Shown piece by piece: positions 62,820-64,000 of a DNA stretch of 64,000 bases. A model generated the notes under the pieces. The model saw only the letters and a list, made by a program, of their open reading frames with translations, made no database searches and had not been told where the DNA came from. A program made the translations under genes and the position numbers. The stretch covers positions 7,104,043 through 7,168,042 of the forward strand of contig CM082593.2 in the NCBI GenBank assembly GCA_040954595.2. The letters run 5' to 3'. Position 1 is the first letter of the stretch, and every line of letters begins with the position of its first letter. Origin of the DNA: Balanoglossus misakiensis (taxonomy: Eukaryota > Animalia > Hemichordata).

Positions 62820-64000
62820 GTAAGTCAATCACAATGGATGATTTCAAAGCCATGTTTTCTGTCATGCAAATGAGGCACAATTTTTTTAGTGAAAATTTTG
62901 CTTCAATTTCTTGGACAAAGATGTGGCTTGAAGCTAATAATGATTGAATTCATTGAAAACCTATGATATTATTACATTTTCAATGAAATCAACATGAAAC
63001 CGCACACAGTACTGTCTATGGTGAAACATATTTTGATACAACACAGCTGTTTGAGCATACTTTTAATTTTTCTCCCCAAGGCCAAAATAATTTTTTATGA
63101 TTACAGTTTACAGGCTACTCGTAATCAGTTTAGCCCCATTTCTTTCTTCAGAAGGAATAAACCGGCACGGTTTGTCAAAAAAAAAAGAAGTGAAGTGGCC
63201 TTTAATTCAGTGAAGTTCGTTCAGTGGTCCCTCCTAGTGGGGTTTGAGACTGAACCAGCTTGATGGGGGTTCAAATTGAGAAGTATGCTCGCACTGTGAC
63301 CCATGACTCGCGATGCTGTCTGGCCCAACAGGGCCTCCCTTCGCGCTTGCATACCAAGTCTATCAGACAGTAATGGGTAGCTTCCAGCCTTCCAGGGCAG
63401 TCGTATTACAGAGCCATGTTGTATCGCGCGTAACACACGTAATATGCAAATGACGTAATAACACTAGCAGAATGCATCTGATAAAGTTCAGGATGGAGTT
63501 TTGAGGCCGGGAAGGGTTTGTTTTTCCTTGTGAAATCGTGAAGTAAGGTCGGTTTTTGGGGACGATGTTAAAAAAATAGCCCACTTCAACTCGCAAGGCC
63601 ATTGTTGTTTACTGGACACAGCATGCCTTTACCCTCGCTGGACCTTTGGTCTGATGAACTAGCCCTTGTCGTGTGGCGCGATGCAATATCACGGCGACTT
63701 GACGACATCTAGCTGTAGGAGTTATCAGGAATAACTGGATGCGATTCGCCAGACGCATAAATCATTATAAACTGGTTAGATAAAAGTCTAAAATGACCGT
63801 GGTCGGATCATCTAAGCATTGGACTTGCAAGAAGAACGGAGACACAGGTTATTCAGGCCAGAATTTTGATGAGTTTTGACATCTTGAAGAGCTAGGGAAT
63901 AGTTACGGACATACTACATTCTGTTTCTGATCACCCCTATAAAAATATACTACCCCAAGCACCAGTATTTTAAGCCTTCAGACATGCGTACGCCGTGGCG

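Overview
AT-rich eukaryotic (animal) genomic DNA with spliced genes. The gene set and repeat landscape suggest a marine invertebrate, possibly a deuterostome (inference only). I rebuilt the gene models by hand from splice sites and reading frame. (1) The last two exons of a two-pore-domain K+ channel (K2P) with an unusually long M2-M3 loop (+, 1417-3582). (2) A complete 5-exon COX18 (-, 12205-14634, 341 aa). (3) A complete 13-exon calcineurin A catalytic subunit (-, 22334-47168, 487 aa) with one GC-AG intron. (4) An ankyrin-repeat/SOCS-box (ASB) gene with a single coding exon (-, 56530-57660). (5) The CpG-rich 5' end of an unidentified + strand gene near 61 kb. The non-coding DNA holds many short non-autonomous DNA transposons, a ~180-bp tandem repeat and microsatellites. 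The most interesting observations are: frame-preserving microexon candidates (12 and 30 nt, possibly 24 nt) between the CnB-binding and calmodulin-binding regions of calcineurin A; a TRESK-like K2P channel with a candidate calcineurin-docking motif close to the calcineurin gene; three MITE families with 9-10 bp target-site duplications, including a 63-bp element and one inserted in the ASB promoter; and a dense CGATCG cluster at the 61-kb promoter. No prokaryotic system, CRISPR array or structural RNA gene was seen.
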